Assembly (NCBI RefSeq): GCF_000016985.1
Contig: NC_009633.1
Location: forward strand, 2,211,539 to 2,275,538
Source of the DNA: Alkaliphilus metalliredigens QYMF
GTDB taxonomy: Bacteria > Bacillota > Clostridia > Peptostreptococcales > Natronincolaceae
Reading direction: 5' to 3'
Length of the DNA stretch: 64,000 nucleotides
The first letter of the stretch is position 1; each line of letters opens with the position of its first letter. A program made the translations under genes and the position numbers. The notes under the pieces were generated by a model. That model had not been told where the DNA came from, made no database searches, and saw only the letters and a program-made list of their open reading frames with translations. Shown here piece by piece: positions 35,869 through 46,396 of the stretch.

Positions 35869-37275
35869 GTGAGTTTACAGGGTTTTTATTTACTTCCCCA
35901 TCCCCCCATTGTGGTTCCAGAGGTAGGAAAAGGAGAGGAAGAAAGGATTCGGGATACCGGTAATAGTTTGCATACCGTAGGAAAGGAGATTGCTGAAAAA
36001 TCTCCTAATGTGATTATACTTGTCACACCCCATGGTACCATGTTTCAAGATGCCATTGCACTTGCCGATGCTGATGAGATTTATGGAGATTTGAAAAGCT
36101 TTGGGGTTCCGAATGTTTCTATGAGGTCTCCGATCCATAAAGGTCTCACAAGTAGAATATTTGAACTTGCATATCATAAAGGCATATCTGTTGTCATGGC
36201 AACAAATTCTCTTTTAGATCAATATCATACTTCTCTTTTTTTGGATCATGGTGCTTTGGTTCCGCTGTATTTTATCAATCAGTATTATAACAAGTATCAA
36301 CTTGTACATATTACCTATGCAGCTTTAAGTGACATTGAGTTATATAAATTAGGTATTGAAATCAATAATGCAGTACAAGAACTAAAGGAAGATGCCATTT
36401 TGATAGCAAGCGGCGATTTATCTCATAAATTAAAGGAAGAAGGACCTTACGGACATCATCCTTCTGGTGAAAAATTCGACGCAGCTTTTCTTGACCATTT
36501 ACAAAGAGGAGATGTGGTGGGTGTATTAAGCATGGATGAAGAAATGATCTGTCATGCTGGGGAATGTGGAAGGCGTTCCGTAGCCATTTTACTTGGTGCA
36601 TTAGAAGGGAAGGAGTTTAGTGGCGATCTTTTAAGCTATGAAGGCACATTTGGTGTTGGCTATGGTGTCATGAGGTTTGATGTTCTTTCGGAGGATGCGC
36701 CTACATTAGAGAAATTAGAAGAACTACGGAGCGCTACTTATGAAAAAAGAAAATATGAAAGTGACCCCCATGTGAGACTGGCTAGAGAAAGTTTAACGAC
36801 TTACCTAGACTGTGAAGAAGTACTTAAAGAGCTTCCTGACTATGTAACAGAGGAAATGACAAATACAAAAAGAGGGGTGTTTGTGTCTCTAAAAATGCAT
36901 GGAGAGTTAAGGGGGTGCATTGGAACTGTATTTCCTACAACCAACAATATTGCTGAGGAGATTATACGCAATGCAATTGAAGCAGGGCTTAATGATCCTA
37001 GGTTTTATGAAGTTGAAGAAAAAGAGCTTATGGACATTGTTTTTTCAGTGGATGTGCTAACAGAGCCTGAATATGTTTCTAAAGAAGCCTTAAGTCCAAA
37101 GGAATATGGTGTCATTGTAAGTAGCAAAGGGAAAACAGGACTGCTACTTCCTGATCTAGAAGGGGTCGATACAGTGGAAGAACAGTTATCAATTGCCTTA
37201 GAAAAAGCCGGCATAAAGTCCAGTCAAATGTATAAAATACAGCGATTTAAAGTCATTCGCCATAAAGAGAATTAG
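35869..37275 (+). CDS. Fusion protein: MEMO/LigB-like class-III extradiol-dioxygenase-fold domain plus AMMECR1 domain (AmmeMemoRadiSam system proteins B+A fused)
   Basis: N-terminal 'PHPPIVVPE...ILVTPHG' (LigB/MEMO-like). C-terminal 'KRGVFVSLKMHGELRGCIGTVFPT...AIEAGLNDPRF' (AMMECR1). GTG 35869 after GAGAGG. Confidence 0.7.
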   Translation: MSLQGFYLLPHPPIVVPEVGKGEEERIRDTGNSLHTVGKEIAEKSPNVIILVTPHGTMFQDAIALADADEIYGDLKSFGVPNVSMRSPIHKGLTSRIFELAYHKGISVVMATNSLLDQYHTSLFLDHGALVPLYFINQYYNKYQLVHITYAALSDIELYKLGIEINNAVQELKEDAILIASGDLSHKLKEEGPYGHHPSGEKFDAAFLDHLQRGDVVGVLSMDEEMICHAGECGRRSVAILLGALEGKEFSGDLLSYEGTFGVGYGVMRFDVLSEDAPTLEKLEELRSATYEKRKYESDPHVRLARESLTTYLDCEEVLKELPDYVTEEMTNTKRGVFVSLKMHGELRGCIGTVFPTTNNIAEEIIRNAIEAGLNDPRFYEVEEKELMDIVFSVDVLTEPEYVSKEALSPKEYGVIVSSKGKTGLLLPDLEGVDTVEEQLSIALEKAGIKSSQMYKIQRFKVIRHKEN

Positions 37276-37291
37276 GAAGAAGGTCAACACC

Positions 37292-38146
37292 ATGAAAAAA
37301 GAAGCCATGTTTTATGAAATGAGTAAAGAAAAAGTTCATTGTTTCTTATGCCCACATAATTGTGTTATTGAAAATGGACATACAGGTAAGTGCAATGTAC
37401 GAACCCATGAAGATGGGAAACTTTATACGATAAATTATGGAGAAGTGACTTCTGTCTCTTTAGATCCTATCGAAAAAAAGCCACTTCATTATTTTAGGCC
37501 TGGTAGCCAGATTCTCTCCGTAGGGAGTTTTGGATGTAATTTTGTTTGTGGTTTTTGTCAAAACTATGATATCTCGCAATTTAAAGCAAAAAGTGAATTT
37601 GTATCTAAAGAAGAATTGATAAAGACGATATTGACAGCAAAAAATAACATAGGGGTGGCATTTACCTATAATGAGCCAAGTATCTGGTATGAATATGTAT
37701 ATGATTGTGCAAGGTTTTTAAAAGAAACGGACCCGAAGGCAGCGGTAGCCATTGTGACAAATGGATATATTAGCCAGGAACCCTTAAAAGAGCTACTACC
37801 CTATGTAGATGCCATGAATATTGATTTGAAGAGCATTAATGGTAAATATTATAAAGCTCTTTGTGGTGGAAGTTTAGAACCAGTATTAAAAACCATCGAA
37901 ACAGCTGCAAAAGCATGCCATGTGGAAGTCACGACATTATTAGTCACTGGTGAAAATGACACATTAGAGGAAGTAGAGGAAATTGCAAAAATTTTAAGTC
38001 ATGTAGACCCAGGCATTCCCTTACATCTATCAAGGTATTTTCCGAGATATAAGCTGGAGAACGCTCCAACAGACATCGGTTTTATGAGAAAAGCAGAAGA
38101 AATTGCTAGAAAATACCTGGATAAAGTCATTTTAGGAAATATATAG
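37292..38146 (+). CDS. AmmeMemoRadiSam-system radical SAM enzyme (PFL-activase-like)
   Basis: 'GSFGCNFVCGFCQNY' (Cx3Cx2C). Position next to the AMMECR1 gene. Confidence 0.75.
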   Translation: MKKEAMFYEMSKEKVHCFLCPHNCVIENGHTGKCNVRTHEDGKLYTINYGEVTSVSLDPIEKKPLHYFRPGSQILSVGSFGCNFVCGFCQNYDISQFKAKSEFVSKEELIKTILTAKNNIGVAFTYNEPSIWYEYVYDCARFLKETDPKAAVAIVTNGYISQEPLKELLPYVDAMNIDLKSINGKYYKALCGGSLEPVLKTIETAAKACHVEVTTLLVTGENDTLEEVEEIAKILSHVDPGIPLHLSRYFPRYKLENAPTDIGFMRKAEEIARKYLDKVILGNI

Positions 38147-38169
38147 GATAATTAGAAGGCCTTTCCTAT

Positions 38170-40050
38170 CTATGTTTTCACTAGATTGTTTTTCCCAGCA
38201 GTGAATTGACTATGATAAAGGTCTGCATAGAAACCCTTCTGGGCTAAAAGTTCTCTATGATTTCCTTTTTCGATAATACTACCTTCATCCATCACCAATA
38301 TGAGATCTGCATCCTTTATGGTGGAGAGCCTGTGAGCAATGACAAAGCTTGTTCTACCCATCATAAGGGTGTTCATTGCTTTTTGTATATACACTTCGGT
38401 TCGGGTATCTACGTTACTTGTGGCCTCATCCAAGATAAGTATCGCAGGGTCTGCCAGTAATGCACGGGCAATTGTCAGAAGCTGTTTTTGACCTTGTGAA
38501 ATATTTGAAGCCTCTTCTCCAAGTATTGTATGGTATCCATCTGGAAGTGTTCTGATAAAATGATCTGCATGGGCCGCCTTAGCCGCATTCATGATTTCCT
38601 CCTCGGTGCTATCAGCGCGACCATAGGCTATATTTTCTTTTATGGTGCCATTAAATAGCCATGTATCTTGTAGAACCATACCAAAGATACTTCTTAAATG
38701 TCCTCTTTTAAAATCCCTAATATCAACACCATCTACAGTAATCTTACCTTCACTTATTTCGTAAAAGCGCATTAGGAGATTGACTAGGGTTGTCTTACCT
38801 GCACCAGTTGGCCCCACAATGGCAATTGTTTGACCTGGCTTTACATCTATATTCATATTTTCCATTAAAGGCTCGTCTTCTTTATATCCAAATTTGACAT
38901 TTCTGAATGCAACTTCTCCCTTTGGCATTTTAACATGCTTACTCACTTTAATATCTGGGATTTCTTCTGTTTCATCCAATAGTTCGAAAACACGCTCTGC
39001 AGATGCCACCGTAGATTGGAGAATATTAGCAATGTTAGCTGTTTGGATAATGGGTTGTGTAAATTGTCTTGAATATTGTATGAATGCCTGAACGTCTCCA
39101 ATTTGGATTGCATTTCTAATGGCTAAAATACCACCAACAACAGAAATAAATACAAAACCAATATTATTGATAAATGACATCAGGGGCATAATGATACTTG
39201 AAATAAACTGAGCCTTCCATCCTACGTTATAAAGTTGGTCATTTATTTCACTAAAATGTGCAATGGATTGTTCTTCTCTAGAAAAAGCCTTAACAATTTT
39301 ATGTCCAGTATACATTTCTTCTATATGTCCATTGAGCTCTCCCAAAGTACTTTGTTGAGCTGAAAAATATTCCTGAGAGCGTGTAGCGATGGCTTTTGTA
39401 ATGAATGCATATAGAGGCAGTGTGACCACTAAAATAAGTGTCATAATAGGGCTGATGATAAGCATCATAATGATGATACCGATTAATGTGATGACTGATG
39501 TAATCATTTGGGTAATGCTTTGTTGCAATGTATTACTAATGTTATCAATGTCGTTGGTGACTCTACTTAATATTTCTCCATGTGTATGGGAGTCAAAAAA
39601 TGTAAGGGGTAATTTAGCCAGCTTATGGTTGACATCATTACGCATATGATAGACAGTTTTTTGTGCAACGATAGCCATAATTCGTTGCTGTGCGTAGGCG
39701 AAAACTGCACTGGCAATATACAATCCAGCTAAAATAAATAGTATCCTTAGGATATAGTCAAAATCGATAGGAGCCCCAAGGAATCCTTGCATTCGCTGGG
39801 TTGTTCCCTCAAAGAGTTTCGTTGTTGCCATCCCCATAATTCTTGGGCTTAGGACGTTAAAGCCTGTACTTAATAGGGCAGTGATAATAACGACAATGAT
39901 TCGAAATCTAAATGGTTTCAAATAACTTAATAATCTTTTCAATGTTCTTTTAAAGTCCTTGGGTTTTTCCCCGGGCATACCCAACATTGGGCCTTTACCA
40001 GGACCACCACCGGGTCTCATCATTGTTTTTTGTTGTTTGGGATCCTTCAT
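38170..40050 (-). CDS. ABC exporter, fused permease/ATPase subunit (heterodimer partner 2)
   Basis: 6-TM region, then Walker A 'GPTGAGKTT', signature 'ISQGQKQLL', Walker B 'ILILDEATS'. Confidence 0.85.
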   Translation of the reverse strand: MKDPKQQKTMMRPGGGPGKGPMLGMPGEKPKDFKRTLKRLLSYLKPFRFRIIVVIITALLSTGFNVLSPRIMGMATTKLFEGTTQRMQGFLGAPIDFDYILRILFILAGLYIASAVFAYAQQRIMAIVAQKTVYHMRNDVNHKLAKLPLTFFDSHTHGEILSRVTNDIDNISNTLQQSITQMITSVITLIGIIIMMLIISPIMTLILVVTLPLYAFITKAIATRSQEYFSAQQSTLGELNGHIEEMYTGHKIVKAFSREEQSIAHFSEINDQLYNVGWKAQFISSIIMPLMSFINNIGFVFISVVGGILAIRNAIQIGDVQAFIQYSRQFTQPIIQTANIANILQSTVASAERVFELLDETEEIPDIKVSKHVKMPKGEVAFRNVKFGYKEDEPLMENMNIDVKPGQTIAIVGPTGAGKTTLVNLLMRFYEISEGKITVDGVDIRDFKRGHLRSIFGMVLQDTWLFNGTIKENIAYGRADSTEEEIMNAAKAAHADHFIRTLPDGYHTILGEEASNISQGQKQLLTIARALLADPAILILDEATSNVDTRTEVYIQKAMNTLMMGRTSFVIAHRLSTIKDADLILVMDEGSIIEKGNHRELLAQKGFYADLYHSQFTAGKNNLVKT

Positions 40051-41786
40051 TGGGCCATCTCCTCCTCTGAAAGCTGGGAAGATACAATCTCCCGATAAAC
40101 ATCACAGGTTTTAAGAAGTTCCTTATGGGTTCCGATCCCTGCAATTTGACCTTTATCTAAAACAATAATTTGATCTGCATCTATAATCGTAGTGACTCTT
40201 TGCGCAACGATAATTTGGGTGGCGTTCTTCGTTTCATTTTTGAGAGCACCACGTAATTTTGAATCGGTTTTAAAGTCAAGTGCAGAAAAACTATCATCGA
40301 ATAAATAGATTTCTGGTCTTCTGACTAAGGCCCTGGCAATAGAAAGCCGTTGTTTTTGGCCTCCAGAAAGATTAGTGCCCCCCTGTGCAATGACGGAATC
40401 AAAGCCATCCTTCATATTGGATATAAAATCAGTTGCTTGGGCTATTTCAGATGCATATTGAATTTCTTCCATTGTTGCATTCTCTTTCCCGTATTTTATA
40501 TTATCTGCAATTGTTCCTGTAAAAAGAACTGCTCTTTGGGGAACAAATCCAATTTTTCCTCGTAAGGATTTTTGTGTCATTTCTCTGATATCCATACCAT
40601 TTACTAGAATATGACCACTATCAATATCATAAAATCGAGGGATCAAATTCACTAGTGTTGATTTTCCTGAGCCTGTACCCCCAATAATTGCTGTAATTTT
40701 ATTGGGTCTTGCAGTAAAGGAAATATCCTTTAGCACTGGATGCTCTGCACCGGGATAGCTAAATGTAACATGTTTAAACTCAATAAGGCCATCTCTTGTA
40801 TGAGTAGCCCTAGACTTTAGGGGATCTTTTATTTCTGGAATCGTATCAAATACCTCATTAATCCTGACTGCAGATGCAGAGGCACGAGGGAACATCACAA
40901 ACATCATGGAAAGCATAATTAAAGCGAACATAATTTGCATGACATATTGAATAAAGGCCATTAGGTCTCCTACCTGCATGGTTCCATTGTCAATTCTGGT
41001 GGCACCAAACCAAATGACAGCTATGGTGGTAAAATTAAAGATAAGGGACATAGCGGGCATCATCACTGCCATTATTTTAGTAACCTTAATGGATGTGCTT
41101 GTCAGGTCATGATTTGCTTCTTTGAAGCGATCTTTCTCATGTTCTACTCTATTGAATGCTCTAATGACTCTAACACCTGTAAGGGTTTCCCTTAGGACTT
41201 GGTTTAGATTATCCAGCTTGGTTTGCATTAATTTAAATAATGGGGTCACTTTTTTAGCCACAACAACGATCCCCAATGTAATGACAGGGACAACAAAGAC
41301 AATAATTAATGAGAGGGTTGCATTTTTGGAAACTGCCATAATAATCCCACCGATACCCATCATCGGTGCTCTGGCCATCATGCCCAGAGACATCATGACC
41401 ACTTGTTGCATTTGTGTAATGTCATTTGTGGTTCTGGTAATCAGGGAGGATGTCCCTATTTTATTAAATTCGTTAAGGGAAAAATCCTCGGCTCTTTCAA
41501 ACATCTGACTACGAAGATCTCGTCCAAAGGCCATGGCAGTCTTTGATGATAAATAGCTGGCGTAAACGGCACATAATGTACCTACCAATGCAATGATCAT
41601 CATGATGGCTCCTACTTTAAATATGTATGAGGTATTCCCTGTAACCACGCCTATATCAACGATATCAGCCATTAATGTAGGCAAAAATAACTCCGCAATG
41701 ACTTGTAGAAACACTAAACCTAAAGCAGATAACACTGACAGACGATAGGGCTTTAAATATCTGAGTAACTTAATCATGAAAATCAT
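40047..41786 (-). CDS. ABC exporter, fused permease/ATPase subunit (heterodimer partner 1)
   Basis: Walker A 'GGTGSGKST', signature 'LSGGQKQRL', Walker B 'IYLFDDSFSALD'. 4-nt overlap with the partner gene. Confidence 0.85.
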   Translation of the reverse strand: MIFMIKLLRYLKPYRLSVLSALGLVFLQVIAELFLPTLMADIVDIGVVTGNTSYIFKVGAIMMIIALVGTLCAVYASYLSSKTAMAFGRDLRSQMFERAEDFSLNEFNKIGTSSLITRTTNDITQMQQVVMMSLGMMARAPMMGIGGIIMAVSKNATLSLIIVFVVPVITLGIVVVAKKVTPLFKLMQTKLDNLNQVLRETLTGVRVIRAFNRVEHEKDRFKEANHDLTSTSIKVTKIMAVMMPAMSLIFNFTTIAVIWFGATRIDNGTMQVGDLMAFIQYVMQIMFALIMLSMMFVMFPRASASAVRINEVFDTIPEIKDPLKSRATHTRDGLIEFKHVTFSYPGAEHPVLKDISFTARPNKITAIIGGTGSGKSTLVNLIPRFYDIDSGHILVNGMDIREMTQKSLRGKIGFVPQRAVLFTGTIADNIKYGKENATMEEIQYASEIAQATDFISNMKDGFDSVIAQGGTNLSGGQKQRLSIARALVRRPEIYLFDDSFSALDFKTDSKLRGALKNETKNATQIIVAQRVTTIIDADQIIVLDKGQIAGIGTHKELLKTCDVYREIVSSQLSEEEMAQ

Positions 41787-41997
41787 CTCCCATTGTAAAT
41801 TATAACCTTGATCCCGAATCTATATAAATGTCTTGGCATATATTATCACTAAAAAATTTTCATGTCAATTTTAATTAAGTGACACCAGAGCTTAGGGTAA
41901 GATTGAAGTGGTAAAAATCTTAAATGTAACGGTCAAGACGAAGGGCAAAATAATTTCCATATAATGTGTAATATGTTAGTATAGTAGAGAGTGCATT

Positions 41998-43038
41998 ATG
42001 GATATTTTTTTATTTAAAAGGGGGGGTTTTTTGTTATTATATAATAATTTTTTTATTCTTATGGTTACCTCGTTAGTAATGCTAGGAGATGCAGTGTCAA
42101 AAATGAAAGGAAGACGGACCTTTAATAATATAAAGGCACTTTCTGCTTTAGCCCAATTGCTTGCAATTGCCTATGGGCTGACTGAAATTATGGATAATAC
42201 TTGGGGCGAAGAATATACGCCACTGTTTTTAGTGATGTTTATTCTTATTTATTTTATGATGCAATATTTTTTTGGAACAGATTATTCAGTGAAGGTAGAA
42301 AAATCTCAGCATTTATTAGAAGCAGTGACGGAAGCAATAGCAGCGGTAGAGTTTTCAAAGGCAGAAAAGAAACAGGAAAAGGATATTACAAAATTTATAT
42401 TTCCTGACTCCAAAAAGAGAATTGAAATTAAGGTGAGGGATTCTTATGTAAGTAGTACTGAAAAGGTGCATACAATCCACTTTAAAAGGTGGTTCAGTGC
42501 TCAAACGAAACGTGAAATTATGAGATCTGTTGAAGCATATTTGTATCTACATGATGATTTTAAATATAAAAAACGAAGTATTATTTTTCAATTCATAGGA
42601 GCATCTGTGGCAACGGTGGTGTGCATATTTTTACTAAGTGCTGCTGTAATGGAGCCAGAACGGATTGAAGTTATATCCAATGATAGGATGCCAGCTGAAA
42701 TTCATGAATTGACTACCGACACTCGTTATACCGATAAGGTGGTCATAGAAAGACTATATGAAATCCTAAATAGCACGGGTACCTATCGGTGGAAGGGGGT
42801 AACAGCTGAAGAAGTAAAAGAAGTCACTGAACTGGAAGTGAATTATGGATATCCATGGAGAACCCTTTATGTGGGGGAGAGAAATAACATGGTATTATTC
42901 ATAGATCATTCAGAGAGAGCTGAACAATCTGATCTTCATTGGATAGCCTCTAAAATTTATGGTATTTATAATAAAGCAGGAGGTACTTATTATCGAGTTT
43001 ATGGTGAAGATGGAATATATGAAATGCTAAAACAATAG
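41998..43038 (+). CDS. Hypothetical membrane protein (start uncertain; N-terminus crosses a low-complexity G7/T-run region)
   Basis: ORF only. Hydrophobic segments present. No recognizable motif. Confidence 0.3.
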   Translation: MDIFLFKRGGFLLLYNNFFILMVTSLVMLGDAVSKMKGRRTFNNIKALSALAQLLAIAYGLTEIMDNTWGEEYTPLFLVMFILIYFMMQYFFGTDYSVKVEKSQHLLEAVTEAIAAVEFSKAEKKQEKDITKFIFPDSKKRIEIKVRDSYVSSTEKVHTIHFKRWFSAQTKREIMRSVEAYLYLHDDFKYKKRSIIFQFIGASVATVVCIFLLSAAVMEPERIEVISNDRMPAEIHELTTDTRYTDKVVIERLYEILNSTGTYRWKGVTAEEVKEVTELEVNYGYPWRTLYVGERNNMVLFIDHSERAEQSDLHWIASKIYGIYNKAGGTYYRVYGEDGIYEMLKQ

Positions 43039-43438
43039 TTGAACACTGCCACCACATAGGCTAAGTCATGAAGTGGGAGATTCTTATTTCATAAAATTTA
43101 GACCGACTGGAAATTTTTCTTCTGGTTGGTCTTTTTTTGTGATGATGTTGATGCAGAAAGTAAGATAAATGAAGGATCTAGTTTTACTGTTGAGTTGCCA
43201 TTAAAAAAGGAATAGGTCCTCTAGGATGTACTATCTGGTGGCATATAAAGTAACACCATTATTTGGAAATAGATTTAATAAATAGTTAATGCTTTGTTCA
43301 TCTATAGTTTATAATTAGCTGATATACTCAATTATGAACGATAGCTAATTCAAATCCATGGGTTAATGGTCTAAATATAATTGATTTTAAGTTTGGATCT
43401 TGCCTGTGTAAAAATTGATTGAGAAGGGAGTTGTTCGT

Positions 43439-44095
43439 TTGTTGCACAAGGGATTACTAATTATATTAGTAGGAATACTTCTAATTTCATTTACAGCATG
43501 TGCTGCCACAGAAGAGGAAGTTGAAGTAGTAGCCATTGTAAATAGTCAGGAAATTCGGAGGGTAGATTTTGAAAGCGTAGTAGAGAACACCAAGTTATAT
43601 TACCAACAACAGTTTGGAATAGATTTCCAAAGTGAGGATGACAAAGGATTAATCGCATTGATAGAGGAAGATGCCTTAAATAACCTGATTGAACAGGAAC
43701 TACTTTTACAGAGTACATTAGAAAGGGATTACCAGGTCTCTAAGGATGAATTAAACTATGAAATAGAGCAAATTAAATCCCAGTTTGAAAGTGAAGAAGA
43801 ATTTTCAATGGCTTTGGAGGTAAACCAATTAACCCTAGCATTATTAGAAGAAGACATAGCTAATGAAATCATGCTTAGACAATATATCCAAGATGAAGTC
43901 GGAGACCCCACTGTATCTGAAGAGGAAATGATGGCGATGTATGATGAATACAGCGAAACCATGGAGGATCTACCATCCTTTGAAGAAATACAGCCTCAAT
44001 TACAGGAAGAGATTAAGTATCAAAAGTTTCAAGCCAGCCTTTGGGAGTTGCTTGAAACCTTAAAGGCGGAAGGTAACATAGAGATTTTACTTTAG
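43439..44095 (+). CDS. Acidic lipoprotein with SurA-N-terminal-like chaperone domain (PrsA-like without PPIase domain)
   Basis: Lipobox 'LLISFTAC'. SurA_N-like helical region (VVAIVNSQEIRRVDFESVVEN...). TTG 43439 with RBS aagggag. Confidence 0.5.
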   Translation: MLHKGLLIILVGILLISFTACAATEEEVEVVAIVNSQEIRRVDFESVVENTKLYYQQQFGIDFQSEDDKGLIALIEEDALNNLIEQELLLQSTLERDYQVSKDELNYEIEQIKSQFESEEEFSMALEVNQLTLALLEEDIANEIMLRQYIQDEVGDPTVSEEEMMAMYDEYSETMEDLPSFEEIQPQLQEEIKYQKFQASLWELLETLKAEGNIEILL

Positions 44096-44164
44096 AAAAA
44101 TTTCTATGGGATTACACGCTATTTGTAATTTAAATACAATGCCCTCCCTTAGATTTATGATATA

Positions 44165-44212
44165 TGCCAGGATTAAGCCTATATTTATAGGCAATCCTGG
44201 CAACTTATTTTT
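44165..44212 (+). terminator. Intrinsic terminator after the lipoprotein gene
   Basis: gccaggattaagcctata/tataggcaatcctggc + T-rich tail. Confidence 0.6.
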
Positions 44213-44269
44213 ATTGGTTTTCATCCTGGGGGCTACGATTTTTAGTAAAATAAATGATTATAGGGGGAA

Positions 44270-44929
44270 TTGGTTTTGAATTTTTTAACACAACCATTAG
44301 GTGCACTTTTGAAAATAATATTTGACGTGATTGGAAATTATGGTATTGCAATTATTGTATTTACAGTACTTGTGAAATTAGCAATGGTTCCTTTAACAAT
44401 GAAACAAACAAAATCCATGAAAAAAATGCAGGAAATACAACCAATGATTAAGGAGTTACAAGAGCAGCATAAAGATGATAAAGAACAAATGAATATTAAA
44501 GTAATGGAGCTTTATAAAGAGTATAATGTGAGTCCTTTTGGGGGATGTTTACCTTTATTAATTCAATTTCCTATAATTATTGGCTTATTTACAGTATTAA
44601 GAGAGCCTATGGATTATGGATTTACCCTAGAAGTAATACAGGCAGGTTTTTTATGGATACCGAATCTAGCTGAAGCAGATCCATGGATACTGCCTTTGTT
44701 AGCAGGTTTAACTACCTATTTATCTAGTATTTCCATGGCAGCCACAGGCAATAAAAAAGATCCAACCCAAGTTATCATGAAATATTTTTTTCCTATTATG
44801 ATTTTTTGGTGGGGAAGAAGTTTTCCTGCCGGATTGACTCTATATTGGGTAATAAGCAATCTATTTCAAGCAGGTCAGCAAATCGTGATTAATAAACCCT
44901 ATTTAAAACAAAGGGAAGGTTCAAGTTAA
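44270..44929 (+). CDS. yidC: YidC/Oxa1-family membrane protein insertase
   Basis: 'GIAIIVFTVLVKLAMVPLTMKQTKSM', 'GGCLPLLIQFPIIIGLF', 'GLTLYWVISNLFQAGQQ'. Confidence 0.8.
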   Translation: MVLNFLTQPLGALLKIIFDVIGNYGIAIIVFTVLVKLAMVPLTMKQTKSMKKMQEIQPMIKELQEQHKDDKEQMNIKVMELYKEYNVSPFGGCLPLLIQFPIIIGLFTVLREPMDYGFTLEVIQAGFLWIPNLAEADPWILPLLAGLTTYLSSISMAATGNKKDPTQVIMKYFFPIMIFWWGRSFPAGLTLYWVISNLFQAGQQIVINKPYLKQREGSS

Positions 44930-45094
44930 CATCAATGAGGATAAAAAACATGCTGAACTGGTTAAAGTACCAAGTGTAGCATTTTTTTTATAAATAGGAT
45001 AAACCTTTGTTCATAATTCTTCATATTTAGTCCACAGTTAAATTTATATAATAACCCTATAGCCGAACCTCACTGAGAAAAGGAGACAATCATT

Positions 45095-46174
45095 ATGGAT
45101 ACAAAACTATTTAAATTGGGTAAAGGAATTCTTCTTCTATTTTTAATTATATATGTTGGTTCACTAATCGATTGGATTTTTAATCCTCTGATAGTTATAT
45201 TTCAAACTTTATTTATTCCAGTGATCCTTTCTGGATTTCTTTTTTACTTATTGAGACCCCTTCGCGATGTAATAAACAAAAAATTATCAAAGGGAGTATC
45301 CATTTTACTATTATATGTTTTTCTAATTTTCATTATGATAAGTCTATTCATTATCATTGGTCCGATACTGCAGAGGCAGCTTCAGAGCTTAACTGACAAT
45401 ATGCCTGTTATTATTTCTGAAATCCAGAGAAGTGTCATCAATATCCAAGAAAGTGGAATTTTTCAAGGAAATCAATTAAGTGAGATGTTGAATGTAGAAG
45501 AGTTTATATTTCAACTAGGTGATTTGCTGAATGAACTGGGTAAAAACATTGCTTCCAACGTGGCAAGTTTTATAGGAGTACTAGCAAATGCAGTACTTGT
45601 ATTAATCATTGTTCCATTTATTCTTTTTTATATGCTAAGGGATGGAGAGAGATTTGGGAAGTCTATTTTAAATATTTTTAACGAGAAACAACGTGGTGAG
45701 GTTGAAGATATTTTGAAGGAGATCGATACAACCCTTAGTTCCTATATACAAGGGCAGGGAATTGTTTGTCTTTGTGTAGGTATTTTATGTTATATTACAT
45801 TCCTTATTGTTGGACTAGACTATGCATTACTATTGGCTGTAATAGCAGGTGTGACAAATATTATTCCTTACTTTGGACCTTGGATCGGGACTTTTCCTGC
45901 TGTAATTGTTGCCCTGTTTCAATCACCAATGATGGCACTGCTTATTGTCGTCACTGTTGTTGTTATTCAACAGATTGAAAGCAATCTCATCGCACCCCAA
46001 GTGATTGGGAAAAAACTAAAAATGCATCCCATTACGATTATGTTTTTAATATTAGTGGCAGGTCGTTTAATAGGTTTAATTGGCATGATACTGGTTGTTC
46101 CTACTTATGGAATTTGTAGAGTCCTATTCACACACGGCTTTCAAATTTGGAAGTTAAAACTTAGGGGAAAATAA
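45095..46174 (+). CDS. AI-2E family transporter (PerM/YhhT-like)
   Basis: 8 TM helices. 'TNIIPYFGPWIGTFPAVIVAL' conserved segment. Confidence 0.75.
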   Translation: MDTKLFKLGKGILLLFLIIYVGSLIDWIFNPLIVIFQTLFIPVILSGFLFYLLRPLRDVINKKLSKGVSILLLYVFLIFIMISLFIIIGPILQRQLQSLTDNMPVIISEIQRSVINIQESGIFQGNQLSEMLNVEEFIFQLGDLLNELGKNIASNVASFIGVLANAVLVLIIVPFILFYMLRDGERFGKSILNIFNEKQRGEVEDILKEIDTTLSSYIQGQGIVCLCVGILCYITFLIVGLDYALLLAVIAGVTNIIPYFGPWIGTFPAVIVALFQSPMMALLIVVTVVVIQQIESNLIAPQVIGKKLKMHPITIMFLILVAGRLIGLIGMILVVPTYGICRVLFTHGFQIWKLKLRGK

Positions 46175-46396
46175 TATGATATTAGCATATGTTCACAGTC
46201 GGTTCACATTGAAGCTTTAGAATAGGATTATAGTGAGAAGAAAAAACTAAAGGATTTAATAAAGAATACATAAAATGAGACTTAAGTCAAAGGAACCTAG
46301 TAAGATAGCAAAGATAGATTGAAGTAGGATGATGATGAGTTTGAGCAGGCTGTAAAAAAATTAGAAATTCACAGTAGATAAAAGGAGTGAAGGGAA

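Noticed and set aside
41998-42100. N-terminal extension of the 346-aa hypothetical protein through a G7/T-rich low-complexity stretch
   Set aside because: Likely an over-extended ORF start. The true start is probably further downstream. Kept as a low-confidence CDS only.
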